Origin: Patescibacteria group bacterium
GTDB taxonomy: Bacteria > Patescibacteriota > Microgenomatia > UBA8517
Reading direction: 5' to 3'
DNA: 64,000 bases
Assembly: GCA_038206135.1 (NCBI GenBank)
Contig: JBBRBD010000005.1
Location: forward strand, 467 to 64,466
A program made the translations under genes and the position numbers. Under the pieces are notes generated by a model that worked only from the letters and a program-made list of their open reading frames with translations, was not told the DNA's origin and made no database searches. Below are positions 46,231 through 55,888 of the stretch, in pieces; position 1 is the stretch's first letter, and each line of letters opens with the position of its first letter.

Positions 46231-46725
46231 ATGAAAGAAAATAAAGAACCTAAAATGAAAATGAACCCAATGATTATGACGGCTGTCGTAGCGGTAGTCG
46301 TTGCTGGTGTGTCGTTCTTTGGTGGAATGAAGTATCAGCAAAGTAAAGCTCCTGCATTTGGAGGAGGAAGATCTGGGGCAAATGGTCAGTTTGCGGGCGG
46401 ACAAGGAAGAGCAGTTGGTGCAACAGGATCCCGCAGTGGGTTTCGCCCGGTATCAGGTCAGATTGTGAATGTTGATGCGAAATCAATGACTGTCAAATTG
46501 CAAGATGGAAGCAGTAAGATTATCTTGTTGTCAGACACGACCACATTTTCGAAATCGGATAGTGGTTCAAAGACAGACTTAACGACTGGAGCAACAGTTG
46601 CTGTGTTTGGTACTGATAATTCAGACGGAAGTTTAACTGCACAAAACATACAATTAAACCCACAAATGAAAGCACAGGGTAGTCAGCAGGCTTCGCCGTC
46701 GGGGACACCTGCCGCGATGTATTAA
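46231..46725 (+). CDS. Membrane-anchored OB-fold (DUF5666-like) protein
   Basis: TM, Gly-rich linker, VAVFGTDNSDGSLTAQNIQL; GGAGGTG SD. Confidence 0.75.
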   Translation: MKENKEPKMKMNPMIMTAVVAVVVAGVSFFGGMKYQQSKAPAFGGGRSGANGQFAGGQGRAVGATGSRSGFRPVSGQIVNVDAKSMTVKLQDGSSKIILLSDTTTFSKSDSGSKTDLTTGATVAVFGTDNSDGSLTAQNIQLNPQMKAQGSQQASPSGTPAAMY

Positions 46726-46786
46726 TTTGTGATACACTTTGCTTTAACTCATGTATCAAATGGCACTCAGAGGGAGGTGTTTTTAG

Positions 46787-46990
46787 TTGATAGAAGATAC
46801 CAAAATATCTTCCTTTGAGTCGGCCGAAGAAATTCTCCATGTGGATCACACTCATTTTCCACATTACATTCCACTTGTTATTACAGGCCTGTTAGTTTTT
46901 CTCGGTTTAATCGTGTTTATAATCAATAATAATGATAGACCTCAAGTAGCAGGGGCTTCGACTCAATCCACACAAGACACACCGAACTAA
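46787..46990 (+). CDS. Small single-TM protein
   Basis: GGAGGTG SD before TTG; one TM; QVAGAS motif. Confidence 0.55.
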   Translation: MIEDTKISSFESAEEILHVDHTHFPHYIPLVITGLLVFLGLIVFIINNNDRPQVAGASTQSTQDTPN

Positions 46991-47058
46991 TCTTGATGTA
47001 ACTCCAAAAATTTAATAATGGAGATGTCTTTTTCTCCTCAAAAACTACAAAGTGATAC

Positions 47059-47074
47059 TTCAGTAAAAACTCAG
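47059..47074 (+). promoter_or_regulatory. Candidate OmpR-family direct-repeat box 5
   Basis: TTCAG-N6-CTCAG, 9 nt before TATACT. Confidence 0.55.
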
Positions 47075-47094
47075 ATATATTGATATACTTAAGT

Positions 47095-47583
47095 ATGAAT
47101 ATGATAAAAAAATACACACAAATAACCTTGTTTTTGGTGTTTTTCGCATTTCTAATATTACTTAAAAATTATATTGGCCATGATGATAATGCAGGAGCTA
47201 TTGGGCAGCCAGTATTACAGTCTCCAGTTTCACTACCAACCGTTGAACCTGTAGCAACTAAACCCGCAGGAAGTCCTTTACCCACAACCAATTCGAGTAT
47301 TTACAAAGATGGAACTTTTACTGGAAGTGTTGAAGATGCCTACTATGGAAACATTCAGGTTCAAGCAATAATTCAAAATGGTCAAATAACGGATGTCGTG
47401 TTTTTACAGTATCCAAACGATAATAGAACATCACTGAGTATTAATTCTCAAGCAACTGTGTACTTAAAGCAGGAAGCGATAGCAGTGCAAAGCGCGAAGG
47501 TGAATACTATTTCCGGAGCCTCTGACTCCAGTTTTGCTTTTCGAAAATCAATGGCAACTGCACTTTCGAAAGCACATCGTTAA
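47095..47583 (+). CDS. Membrane-anchored FMN-binding (flavinylated) protein
   Basis: YKDGTFTG, YGNIQV, VNTISGAS flavinylation motif. Confidence 0.9.
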   Translation: MNMIKKYTQITLFLVFFAFLILLKNYIGHDDNAGAIGQPVLQSPVSLPTVEPVATKPAGSPLPTTNSSIYKDGTFTGSVEDAYYGNIQVQAIIQNGQITDVVFLQYPNDNRTSLSINSQATVYLKQEAIAVQSAKVNTISGASDSSFAFRKSMATALSKAHR

Positions 47584-47586
47584 AGC

Positions 47587-48327
47587 ATGACAAAAGAAGC
47601 ATTTATCATGGGTATGCCAGTGGTTATCGAGGTAGTGGACAGTCAAGTTACTGTACAAGACATTGAAGAGGTCTTTGATTACTTTAGAGAAGTGGATGAG
47701 CAGTTCAGCACCTATAAAGATACGAGCGAGATTTCAAAAATTAATCGGGGAGAATTATTACCACAGGATTATTCTAAAGAAATGAAAAAAGTATTTTCTT
47801 TGTCTGAGCAGACTAAACTCGAGACAAATGGATTCTTTGATATTGAACATCAAGGCAAAATTGACCCATCGGGAATTGTCAAAGGTTATGCAATTTGGAA
47901 AGGGGCGGAGTTATTAAGAAGTAAAGGCTTTCGAAATTTTTATGTTGAGATAGCGGGGGACATTCAAACGAATGGATTAAATAAAGAGGATAAAAAATGG
48001 AAGATTGGGATTGAAAATCCATTCAACAGATCTGAAATTATTAAAGTAGTTGAGCTCTCTGGAGAAGGAATTGCGACAAGTGGTTCATATATTCGTGGAA
48101 ATCATATTTATAACCCAAAAACTAAAATAGATACAGCTGAAATTGCAAGTGTTTCAGTTATTGGGAAAAATGTGTATGAAGCTGATCGTTTTGCGACTGC
48201 AGCTTTTGCCGCAGGACTAACTGGAATAGACTTAATTAAAGCAAATCCATCGTTAGCCGGATTTATGGTAACGCTTGAGAAGATGGCTATTAAAACCTCG
48301 AATTTTGAAAAGTACGAACAAAAATAA
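47587..48327 (+). CDS. apbE: FAD:protein FMN transferase
   Basis: MG.., FSTYKDTSEISKIN, DPSGIVKGYA, IATSGSYIRG.HIYNP, ADRFATAAF. Confidence 0.9.
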   Translation: MTKEAFIMGMPVVIEVVDSQVTVQDIEEVFDYFREVDEQFSTYKDTSEISKINRGELLPQDYSKEMKKVFSLSEQTKLETNGFFDIEHQGKIDPSGIVKGYAIWKGAELLRSKGFRNFYVEIAGDIQTNGLNKEDKKWKIGIENPFNRSEIIKVVELSGEGIATSGSYIRGNHIYNPKTKIDTAEIASVSVIGKNVYEADRFATAAFAAGLTGIDLIKANPSLAGFMVTLEKMAIKTSNFEKYEQK

Positions 48328-48333
48328 ATTCTT

Positions 48334-49842
48334 ATGTTGAAATATGTAGATAGATTCTTAAATGCGATTACTATGTATCGCTTAACACTCTATTATCTTT
48401 TGGCACTTGTTGGGTGGGCGGCAGTTGCCAGTTTCTTTAAATTGCTTCCATTTGATGCTATTGATGTACTTCTTGCGGTCTGTATTGCAATAAGTGCTGC
48501 ATATGCCGCAAATTTATTTTTTTCAAAACTTGTCGGTGCTGTCACGAATGTGGAATCAGTTTATATTACAGCGCTCATTTTGGTACTTATTGTGCCCGTT
48601 AAACTTCCGTTAAATTTTGTTTTTATTGGTGCTGCATCTGTTTTAGCAATGGCTTCAAAATATCTACTTACAGTGGAAAAGCGCCATGTTTTTAATCCAG
48701 CTGCAATTTCAATTGCATATATTTCGCTGTTATCCAGTGAACACGCGGCAACGTGGTGGGTAGGAACTCCAATTATGCTTCCAGTGGTTTTAGTTGGAGG
48801 GTTACTACTTATGAGAAAAATTCGTCGTGAAAAAATGATTGCGATTTTTTTGCTTGTATATTTGGCAACAATTTTGTCTGCTTCATTTATTAATACTCAA
48901 ACTCTTGCAGGAGTTTTGAATACATTTACTATTAGTACAACAAGGACAGCGCTTTTCTTCTTAGCATTTGTTATGTTGACTGAGCCAATGACGGCTCCGG
49001 CTACCGAAAATATGCAACTCTTATATGCGGCAATTGTTGGGGTGTTAAATGCAACTCCACAGCTCAAGCTGGGAATTGTCTTTACCCCGGAAATAGCGCT
49101 TTCTATTGGAAATATTTTTGCGCATTTTGTTAATCCTGGGTATAGATTAGTGCTTCCATTAATGGAGAAAAAACAACTTACCTCAGACACTTTTGAATTT
49201 ACATTTGATTTGGTAAAGGACTTTAAATTTATTCCGGGTCAGTATATGGAGTGGACGCTTCCTCACAACAGTTCAGATGATCGAGGTGTCAGACGGTACT
49301 TTAGTCTGGCTAGCTCTCCAACTGAGGAAACCCCAAAGCTTTTAGTGAAGTTTTATAATCCTTCAAGTTCATATAAGCGTACGATGCTTGGAATGATTCC
49401 TAAAAGTAAAATTGTTGGCTCACAACTAGCGGGTGATTTTACACTTCCTCGTGAAGTAACAAAACCACTCGTATTAGTGGCAGGTGGTGTTGGCGTCGCA
49501 CCGTTTCGGAGTATGATTAAATATATTATTGATAAGCAGTTAAAAGTAAACATTATTCACTTATTTATTAATCGCACAAAAGAAGACATTATTTATAAAG
49601 ATATATTTGACGAAGCAGAAAGCTATGGAGTACATACACTGTACTTTATAACTAGTGAGCAGGGACATTTAACTGATGAAATCGTTAAAAATCTTATTCC
49701 AGATTTTGCCAATAGAATGTTTTATGTTTCAGGACCTCAGCTTATGGTTCAAACGATAGAACAAACGTTATTTGATTCGGGCCTTTCAAGTTCTCAAGTC
49801 AAAACTGATTTTTTCCCAGGATATGTGGAGAAAGGATTATAA
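48334..49842 (+). CDS. RnfD/NqrB-like membrane domain fused to FNR-type FAD/NAD oxidoreductase
   Basis: HVFNPAA and FVMLTEPMTAP membrane motifs; PGQY, RYFSLASSP, VAGGVGVAPF, YVSGP, DFFPGY. Confidence 0.85.
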   Translation: MLKYVDRFLNAITMYRLTLYYLLALVGWAAVASFFKLLPFDAIDVLLAVCIAISAAYAANLFFSKLVGAVTNVESVYITALILVLIVPVKLPLNFVFIGAASVLAMASKYLLTVEKRHVFNPAAISIAYISLLSSEHAATWWVGTPIMLPVVLVGGLLLMRKIRREKMIAIFLLVYLATILSASFINTQTLAGVLNTFTISTTRTALFFLAFVMLTEPMTAPATENMQLLYAAIVGVLNATPQLKLGIVFTPEIALSIGNIFAHFVNPGYRLVLPLMEKKQLTSDTFEFTFDLVKDFKFIPGQYMEWTLPHNSSDDRGVRRYFSLASSPTEETPKLLVKFYNPSSSYKRTMLGMIPKSKIVGSQLAGDFTLPREVTKPLVLVAGGVGVAPFRSMIKYIIDKQLKVNIIHLFINRTKEDIIYKDIFDEAESYGVHTLYFITSEQGHLTDEIVKNLIPDFANRMFYVSGPQLMVQTIEQTLFDSGLSSSQVKTDFFPGYVEKGL

Positions 49843-49846
49843 AAAT

Positions 49847-50242
49847 TTATTTTGAAATTGGAGGAAGAACTTCACCTTTTGGAATAAATCGAATAGAAAG
49901 AGAGTTTACACAGTGTCTGGTGTCAGATTCCGTCAGATGTTCTCCATCAAAGACGTGACCTAAATGTGCACCACACACTGCACATTCGATTTCTGCCCAG
50001 TTTCTATCAGTATTTGGAAGACGTTTTACCGCTTTTTCGAAATGGTCTTCAAATGCCGGCCAACCACATTTTGCATCAAATTTAGCCTTACTGAGGTACA
50101 GTGGATTATTGCATCTTCTGCAAATATAAGTTCCTTCTTTGTAAAAATCATCATATTCACCGGTGAATGGTCGTTCAGTTCCTTTGTCTTCAATAACGTG
50201 TGCTTCTTCTGGAGTTAGTTTATTCACAAATTTAGTATACAA
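49847..50242 (-). CDS. msrB: Methionine-R-sulfoxide reductase (start uncertain)
   Basis: KGTERPFTGEY, CRRC, CGWPAF, CAVCGAHLGHVF, RHCVNSLS. Confidence 0.93.
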   Translation of the reverse strand: MYTKFVNKLTPEEAHVIEDKGTERPFTGEYDDFYKEGTYICRRCNNPLYLSKAKFDAKCGWPAFEDHFEKAVKRLPNTDRNWAEIECAVCGAHLGHVFDGEHLTESDTRHCVNSLSIRFIPKGEVLPPISK

Positions 50243-50248
50243 TAGCTG

Positions 50249-51721
50249 GTGCTCAAAGTAACTAAATTAACATTTGCCTTTGGAGAAAATCCACTATTTG
50301 AAAACGTGAATTTTCTTATTTCTAGTGGTCAGAAAGTTGGCCTCGTTGGCCCAAATGGTGCTGGAAAGACAACATTGCTATCTCTTTTACTCGGAAGAGG
50401 CGGGCAGAGTAGTGGTACAGTCGAACACAGCGGCACTATTGCACATTTGCCACAAGAAATTAAACATGATCCTATTATGGAAGCCGCGACCAGCGTTCAC
50501 GGGTATGTGGATTCTGAAAAAACATATGAATCTCATGAAATATTGAAACTCTTTAAGAGCCTTGAACTCACCGTTTCATTGGACGCAAATCCACAAAAGC
50601 TGAGTGGTGGACAAAAAACAAAGTTGGCACTCGCTCGGGCTTTGCTATTAAAGCCAGATATTCTTCTATTGGATGAACCGACTAACTTTATGGACGTAGA
50701 GGGTAAAAAATGGGTAATGAACTTTTTGGGACATTATCCTGGTTCAGTTATCTGTATTTCCCATGATCTAGACCTCATGGATAGTTCAATTGATAAGATT
50801 CTCGCACTTAACCCGGCTACTAAAAGTATTGACGAATACACTGGTAACTACACATCATATTTAAAGCAGAAAGGTGAACGAGAAGCACTTTTAAAACGTC
50901 AAAGATTAGTTGCCGAAAAACATATTGTTCGAATGGAAAAAGGTTTGAAAAAAATGGCACGAGCTAATAGATTTACTGGAGCCAAGATTAAGCAAATTCA
51001 TAGAATTGAAAAAGCACGAGCAGCACTCCCTGAGTCACCGCCAGAAATTAGAAGTATTAAAATTAAGTTGCCAGTGCCTGCTAATGTAGGAGAAATTCCG
51101 GTGCACATTCAGCATGTTTCAAAAAGTTATGGCGACCGTCAAATTCTAAATGACGTAACTGTCGCACTTCATCGTGGGGAGCGTATCGCCCTCGTCGGAC
51201 CGAACGGAGCCGGAAAATCGACACTCATTAAAATTATCATGGGTCTTTTGGAACCTGATAAGGGGAATGTAAACAGACATGATGACTTGTCTATTGGCTA
51301 TTATTCACAAGAGTTTGAAACATTTGATATGAAGAAAAGTCTTCTTGATGTTTTTGTAGATGCAACACACAAAGATGAAGGATTTGCCCGTGCATTTTTA
51401 GCTCGATACAATTTCCCAGGCGAGAAAGCATTTCAAATTGTGGAGACCTTGTCGGGAGGAGAAAAAACTCGGCTTTCAATTGCGTGTTTAACCGGTACAA
51501 ACCATAATCTATTAATTCTTGACGAGCCAACAACATATCTTGATGTTTTGTCACAGCGCATTATTCTAGATGCAATAAAAGAGTATCAAGGTGCAATGAT
51601 TATCGTCAGTCACACACCGGAGTTTCTTATTGAACTTGAGCCGACGCGTGCATACATTTTTCCTGAAGGAAAACTCCTATTTTGGGATCCTAGTTTAGTT
51701 TCGAAAGTAGAAGAAATATAA
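50249..51721 (+). CDS. ABC-F family ATPase
   Basis: Two NBDs (GPNGAGKTT/LSGGQ/LDEPTN and GPNGAGKST/LSGGE/LDEPTT), YTGNY linker, no TM. Confidence 0.93.
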   Translation: MLKVTKLTFAFGENPLFENVNFLISSGQKVGLVGPNGAGKTTLLSLLLGRGGQSSGTVEHSGTIAHLPQEIKHDPIMEAATSVHGYVDSEKTYESHEILKLFKSLELTVSLDANPQKLSGGQKTKLALARALLLKPDILLLDEPTNFMDVEGKKWVMNFLGHYPGSVICISHDLDLMDSSIDKILALNPATKSIDEYTGNYTSYLKQKGEREALLKRQRLVAEKHIVRMEKGLKKMARANRFTGAKIKQIHRIEKARAALPESPPEIRSIKIKLPVPANVGEIPVHIQHVSKSYGDRQILNDVTVALHRGERIALVGPNGAGKSTLIKIIMGLLEPDKGNVNRHDDLSIGYYSQEFETFDMKKSLLDVFVDATHKDEGFARAFLARYNFPGEKAFQIVETLSGGEKTRLSIACLTGTNHNLLILDEPTTYLDVLSQRIILDAIKEYQGAMIIVSHTPEFLIELEPTRAYIFPEGKLLFWDPSLVSKVEEI

Positions 51722-51728
51722 CAAATAT

Positions 51729-51872
51729 ATGATATCAATTTCGCATTTTAATCCGCTTACCTCTCTTGTTATTGGTATTCTAATCCTTATTTTTCCTAAG
51801 GCCTTAATTTATTTAGTTGCTATTTATTTAATTTTAACCGGCCTTGTAGGGCTTGGTTTAATTCACTTCTAA
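51729..51872 (+). CDS. Small membrane protein, DUF3096-like (47 aa, absent from the ORF track)
   Basis: MISISHFNPLTSLVIGILILIFPKALIYLVAIYLILTGLVGLGLIHF. Confidence 0.7.
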   Translation: MISISHFNPLTSLVIGILILIFPKALIYLVAIYLILTGLVGLGLIHF

Positions 51873-51874
51873 AT

Positions 51875-52912
51875 TTACCCAGTCACTTTGGTTACAAATG
51901 GAATTTTATGTACTAAGTATGCAAGTGCATATGATGTTACCGTAACTAAGGTCAAAAAGAGTAGATCAAACGCTATTTCTCCAGGTATAGTATGTGTCGC
52001 TGTCATAAATAACTGTTTGAATACTAAACTCCAAAAGACTTCCAATATTGCGACATGAATGAAAAAAACGAAAAATGAAAGTTTTGAAAGTAGTTGTGTA
52101 ATGCTGGTAATTTTTTGCGAATTTTCAATTAGATAATAAAAAACTGCTCCCAACAAAAATGTATATAAAAGAATGAGGGGTCGCCACGACGAATAATAAT
52201 CTAAATAATTGTGTGACGCTAGATATAATGACCGACCTTCATAGAAAATAGAAATGACCACACCGACTGTCGCGAGAAGCAATATAACTAGATATTTTTT
52301 CACAAATATAAGCATTGGCTTTTGATGGTGTGATGCGACCATTCCCGCAATAAAAACGAAGTAATTTAAAAGAGCTATGTCAATTGGATAAAATATTGGA
52401 AGTGGATGAAAGTAATAGTCACGTACAATTAAGAAAACTTGCAAACCTAGTAGGCCAAAAAAAACAAACTTATTCGATAAGACTCTATATAACTTATGAA
52501 GCAGTGGAAATATAAAATAAAATATTAAAAGCGTTGGTATAAAATACAATTGATAGGAAGCGCTTCCTGTTGTTAGCGCTTTGCCAAAAGTATCTGCATC
52601 GTGATATACAAATAAAAAGTAAATTGCACTCCAAAAAACATAAGGGAGAAATATTCTATTAAATCGTTTCTTTAAATAGGTGAAAAAGCTTTCATGTAAA
52701 TGATAATTTAGCTCTAACACATACCCTGAAATCATGAAAAATAAAGGAACTGCAAATCTAGAGGCCTGATTAATTAAAAATGAAAAGGGGAGTGAAGCTA
52801 TATTTCCATGAGAGGCTTCTATAGTCCTTGTCGATACATGTATAGTAAGCACCGCGAAAATGGCAAGCACTCGAAGGCCATCAATTGCGATATGGTAGTT
52901 TTTTTTCTGCAT
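51875..52912 (-). CDS. Acyltransferase-3 family membrane O-acyltransferase
   Basis: IDGLRVLAIFAV, FAVPLFFMISGY, KRFNRIFLPYVFW, YQLYF. Confidence 0.92.
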   Translation of the reverse strand: MQKKNYHIAIDGLRVLAIFAVLTIHVSTRTIEASHGNIASLPFSFLINQASRFAVPLFFMISGYVLELNYHLHESFFTYLKKRFNRIFLPYVFWSAIYFLFVYHDADTFGKALTTGSASYQLYFIPTLLIFYFIFPLLHKLYRVLSNKFVFFGLLGLQVFLIVRDYYFHPLPIFYPIDIALLNYFVFIAGMVASHHQKPMLIFVKKYLVILLLATVGVVISIFYEGRSLYLASHNYLDYYSSWRPLILLYTFLLGAVFYYLIENSQKITSITQLLSKLSFFVFFIHVAILEVFWSLVFKQLFMTATHTIPGEIAFDLLFLTLVTVTSYALAYLVHKIPFVTKVTG

Positions 52913-52953
52913 AAGCCAATTTTACCAGTTCGCATCTGAGAAAAACATGTATT

Positions 52954-52969
52954 CTCAGTGGTTAATTAG
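52954..52969 (+). promoter_or_regulatory. Candidate OmpR-family direct-repeat box 6 (weaker)
   Basis: CTCAG-N6-ATTAG, 10 nt before TAAAAT. Confidence 0.35.
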
Positions 52970-52990
52970 GTATATACGTTAAAATGCAAT

Positions 52991-54013
52991 ATGCGGCGCA
53001 TTGCTTTTTTAATAATAGTTGTAATTTGTATCGGTGTGTTTGCTTTGGTTAGAAATCATCCTAAAACAACTTCAAACCAGATAGCTCAAGTGCTTAGACC
53101 AAGTCCGACAGTAGAACCTTTTTATGAAATGACTATTCCGTTTTTGAGAGCTCAAATGTACCAAAGTACCCTTGGCGATCGTATTTCTTATCAATCTCAG
53201 CCAACTTACACGTCATTTTTGACAAATTACGTCTCTAATGGTCTTAAAATAAACGGTTTGCTCACTATTCCAAAAGGTACTCCGCCATCTGGAGGTTTCC
53301 CGGCGATTGTGTTTATCCATGGATATATTGCACCCACCACATATAAAACAACAGAACGATATACAAACTATGTGGATTATTTAGCTAAGAATGGCTTTGT
53401 AGTGTTTAAAATAGATTTAAGGGGACACGGTAGCTCAGAAGGTGAGGCAACAGGATCATATTATTCTTCAGATTACGTTACTGACACCTTAAATGCATAT
53501 ACAGCTTTGGAAAATGCTGATTTTGTGAACAAAAACAAAATAGGGTTGTGGGGCCACTCTATGGCCGGAAACATTGTTATGCGAGCGTTTGCAGTTAAGC
53601 CTACAATTCCCGCTGTTGTTATCTGGGCCGGAGCTGGATATAGCTATGTAGATTTAGCAGCATACGGATTACAGGACAAGAGCTATCATCCACCAGCTAC
53701 TGCAAACACTCAATCAGAAAAGCGGCAAATGCTTCTAGATACTTACGGCTCACCAACTCTAGATAGTTCCTATTGGAGGACTGTCGCCCCGACTAATTAT
53801 TTACAAGACTTAAAAGGTGCAGTTGAGCTACATCAAGCGAAGGATGACGTAGTTGTCAGTATTCACTACAATGAGGACTTGAATGCGTTGTTAAATAAAA
53901 CTACGGTCACACATCAGTTCTTCGAATATGAGAGTGGTGGGCATAATATTAGTGGAGCAAGCTTTCCAGTTGCCATGCAACGCACTGTAGAATTTTTTAA
54001 AAAGTATTTGTAG
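52991..54013 (+). CDS. Membrane-anchored alpha/beta hydrolase (S9-like)
   Basis: FIHGY, DLRGHG, WGHSMAG nucleophile elbow, DDVV, GGHN. Confidence 0.88.
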   Translation: MRRIAFLIIVVICIGVFALVRNHPKTTSNQIAQVLRPSPTVEPFYEMTIPFLRAQMYQSTLGDRISYQSQPTYTSFLTNYVSNGLKINGLLTIPKGTPPSGGFPAIVFIHGYIAPTTYKTTERYTNYVDYLAKNGFVVFKIDLRGHGSSEGEATGSYYSSDYVTDTLNAYTALENADFVNKNKIGLWGHSMAGNIVMRAFAVKPTIPAVVIWAGAGYSYVDLAAYGLQDKSYHPPATANTQSEKRQMLLDTYGSPTLDSSYWRTVAPTNYLQDLKGAVELHQAKDDVVVSIHYNEDLNALLNKTTVTHQFFEYESGGHNISGASFPVAMQRTVEFFKKYL

Positions 54014-55811
54014 TTATTTTATATAGTCTCAATTGCTGTGATGAAGGAAGATTGTATTCTTTAACTAAATCAAATGAGAAAGACGATTTTATTTCTTTAA
54101 TTAGATTGAAAGAACAACCCCATGGGCAGTCTATCTCTACAGATCCTTCAATGTTTGCATTAGCTTTTGAAAGAATTCCGTTAATCATAATATCGCTTCC
54201 AGTTGAAAAAACTTGTCCCTCTCTCACAAAACATTTTGAATTTGCAGGCCCCACCTGCGTAATATACTTTACACAGTTGTCAGTTGTATCCACATAATTT
54301 CGAAGTTGCAGAAGTGCTGGTACATTCTTTATGTCCTGCACACCTGTTGTTTGTGGAGATATCAAGACATATGTACCCATTTTCAGGTAATTTTCAATCG
54401 ATTGTTGATTGGGAAAAGAATTTGAATAAAATTGACGGGTAAGAAAAGCAGGGTCAGGAGTAATTATTTTCATATCAAAAGTATTGTCTTCATATTTTCT
54501 TTTCTGCGCGTATAGCGATAAGGTACTTGGATTTATTTCTGCTGTCTCATATACAACAATCATTACTCCATCTGTAGTTGTCTGATTTAAAATATCTGCT
54601 GTGGGCCATTCTTCTGTATCATATTTTTTAGAAACTGAATCATTAAAATCAATCAAATTTACCCAAGAAATACCGGGTACGTAGAGAGAAATACGAGCTC
54701 CATCAACAATTGTTGGGCGTATTGTTAAAATCAAAAATGTAGCAATTACAAAACAAAATAGTGGATATAAAATGTATTTACTAAGATTCTGATATTTGTC
54801 TATTAAATTGTCTAAAAATATGCCAATTGTGAGCGCAATAAAGGGGATTAATGGAATTATGTATCGTGCATCTTTGTTTTGAATAAAAGTAAACGTTGTA
54901 TAACCGACAAAGAGTGTAAGCAGAATCATCCACTTATATGAGTATTTATGTCGTATAAAACTAATTATTGATACTAAAAAAACAATAGAGATGAGTGGAG
55001 TAGTCACATAATTAATGATTTTCTGTAAATAGAAGGTTAAGTTTGTAAGTGATAACAAATTTGTAGGGTCACCAAGTTCCCCAATAGAATTTATACGAGC
55101 CAAAAACAGTAAACTTTGAAGGTTTGTTAGATACCAAGGGAGAACAACTATTGCAGCTACAATTATTCCAGGTACTAACGAGAATAGTACTGACTTTATT
55201 CTTCTTTCTGTAACTACCGATATAAGTGAAAAAATTAAAGGAATGCCTATAAATACGATTCCAGTCCACTTTGTCATTATTACAAAACTAGTACATATTA
55301 AAAATAAAAATGTATATTTTTTAATTTTTAAGTTTTTGCTTTTCAATAGTAAGTAGAACGCCGTGGTAACAAGTGCCGTAAGAGGAATATCAATCATCAT
55401 TCTTCTAGATTCACTAAAGACAATCGGACAAAACGAAAATATCGCTGTAGAAATAAATGCGACTCGAGGCTTTCCCGTAAGTTCTTTTACATATGCAAAT
55501 AAGGAAACCATTCCTAGTACAAAAAAAATTGTTCCGGTAAATTGAATAATCTTTATATTTGCTCCAAAAACAAGTATCTCAACAGCTGCGAACGAATGTA
55601 CTAAAATTGGATAGTAGTTTGAAGCATTAAGTACTTCCGTAAAATGAAAATCGAGTAGCTTCTCTGCAATATTTATAGCAATTGTCGTGTGGCTCGCGGC
55701 ATCCCATGAAGGCGGTGCTGTATTTATATATAGCCAAATGATGTTAATTACTACCTGTAGGGCTATTAATAGAAATAAAAGTTTAGTCCATGAAATTTTA
55801 TTAATAGTCAT
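53997..55811 (-). CDS. GT-C membrane glycosyltransferase (PMT/ArnT-like), AT-rich
   Basis: PPSWDAASH loop, YYPIL, SRRMMIDIPL, TKW, KDARYIIP; many TM. Confidence 0.8.
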   Translation of the reverse strand: MTINKISWTKLLFLLIALQVVINIIWLYINTAPPSWDAASHTTIAINIAEKLLDFHFTEVLNASNYYPILVHSFAAVEILVFGANIKIIQFTGTIFFVLGMVSLFAYVKELTGKPRVAFISTAIFSFCPIVFSESRRMMIDIPLTALVTTAFYLLLKSKNLKIKKYTFLFLICTSFVIMTKWTGIVFIGIPLIFSLISVVTERRIKSVLFSLVPGIIVAAIVVLPWYLTNLQSLLFLARINSIGELGDPTNLLSLTNLTFYLQKIINYVTTPLISIVFLVSIISFIRHKYSYKWMILLTLFVGYTTFTFIQNKDARYIIPLIPFIALTIGIFLDNLIDKYQNLSKYILYPLFCFVIATFLILTIRPTIVDGARISLYVPGISWVNLIDFNDSVSKKYDTEEWPTADILNQTTTDGVMIVVYETAEINPSTLSLYAQKRKYEDNTFDMKIITPDPAFLTRQFYSNSFPNQQSIENYLKMGTYVLISPQTTGVQDIKNVPALLQLRNYVDTTDNCVKYITQVGPANSKCFVREGQVFSTGSDIMINGILSKANANIEGSVEIDCPWGCSFNLIKEIKSSFSFDLVKEYNLPSSQQLRLYKITTNTF

Positions 55812-55888
55812 ACCTTTTAAGTATATCCATTTTTAGCTGTATTTCATTATCACTTGACAACATGTGTCTGAAGATACATATTTAATCC

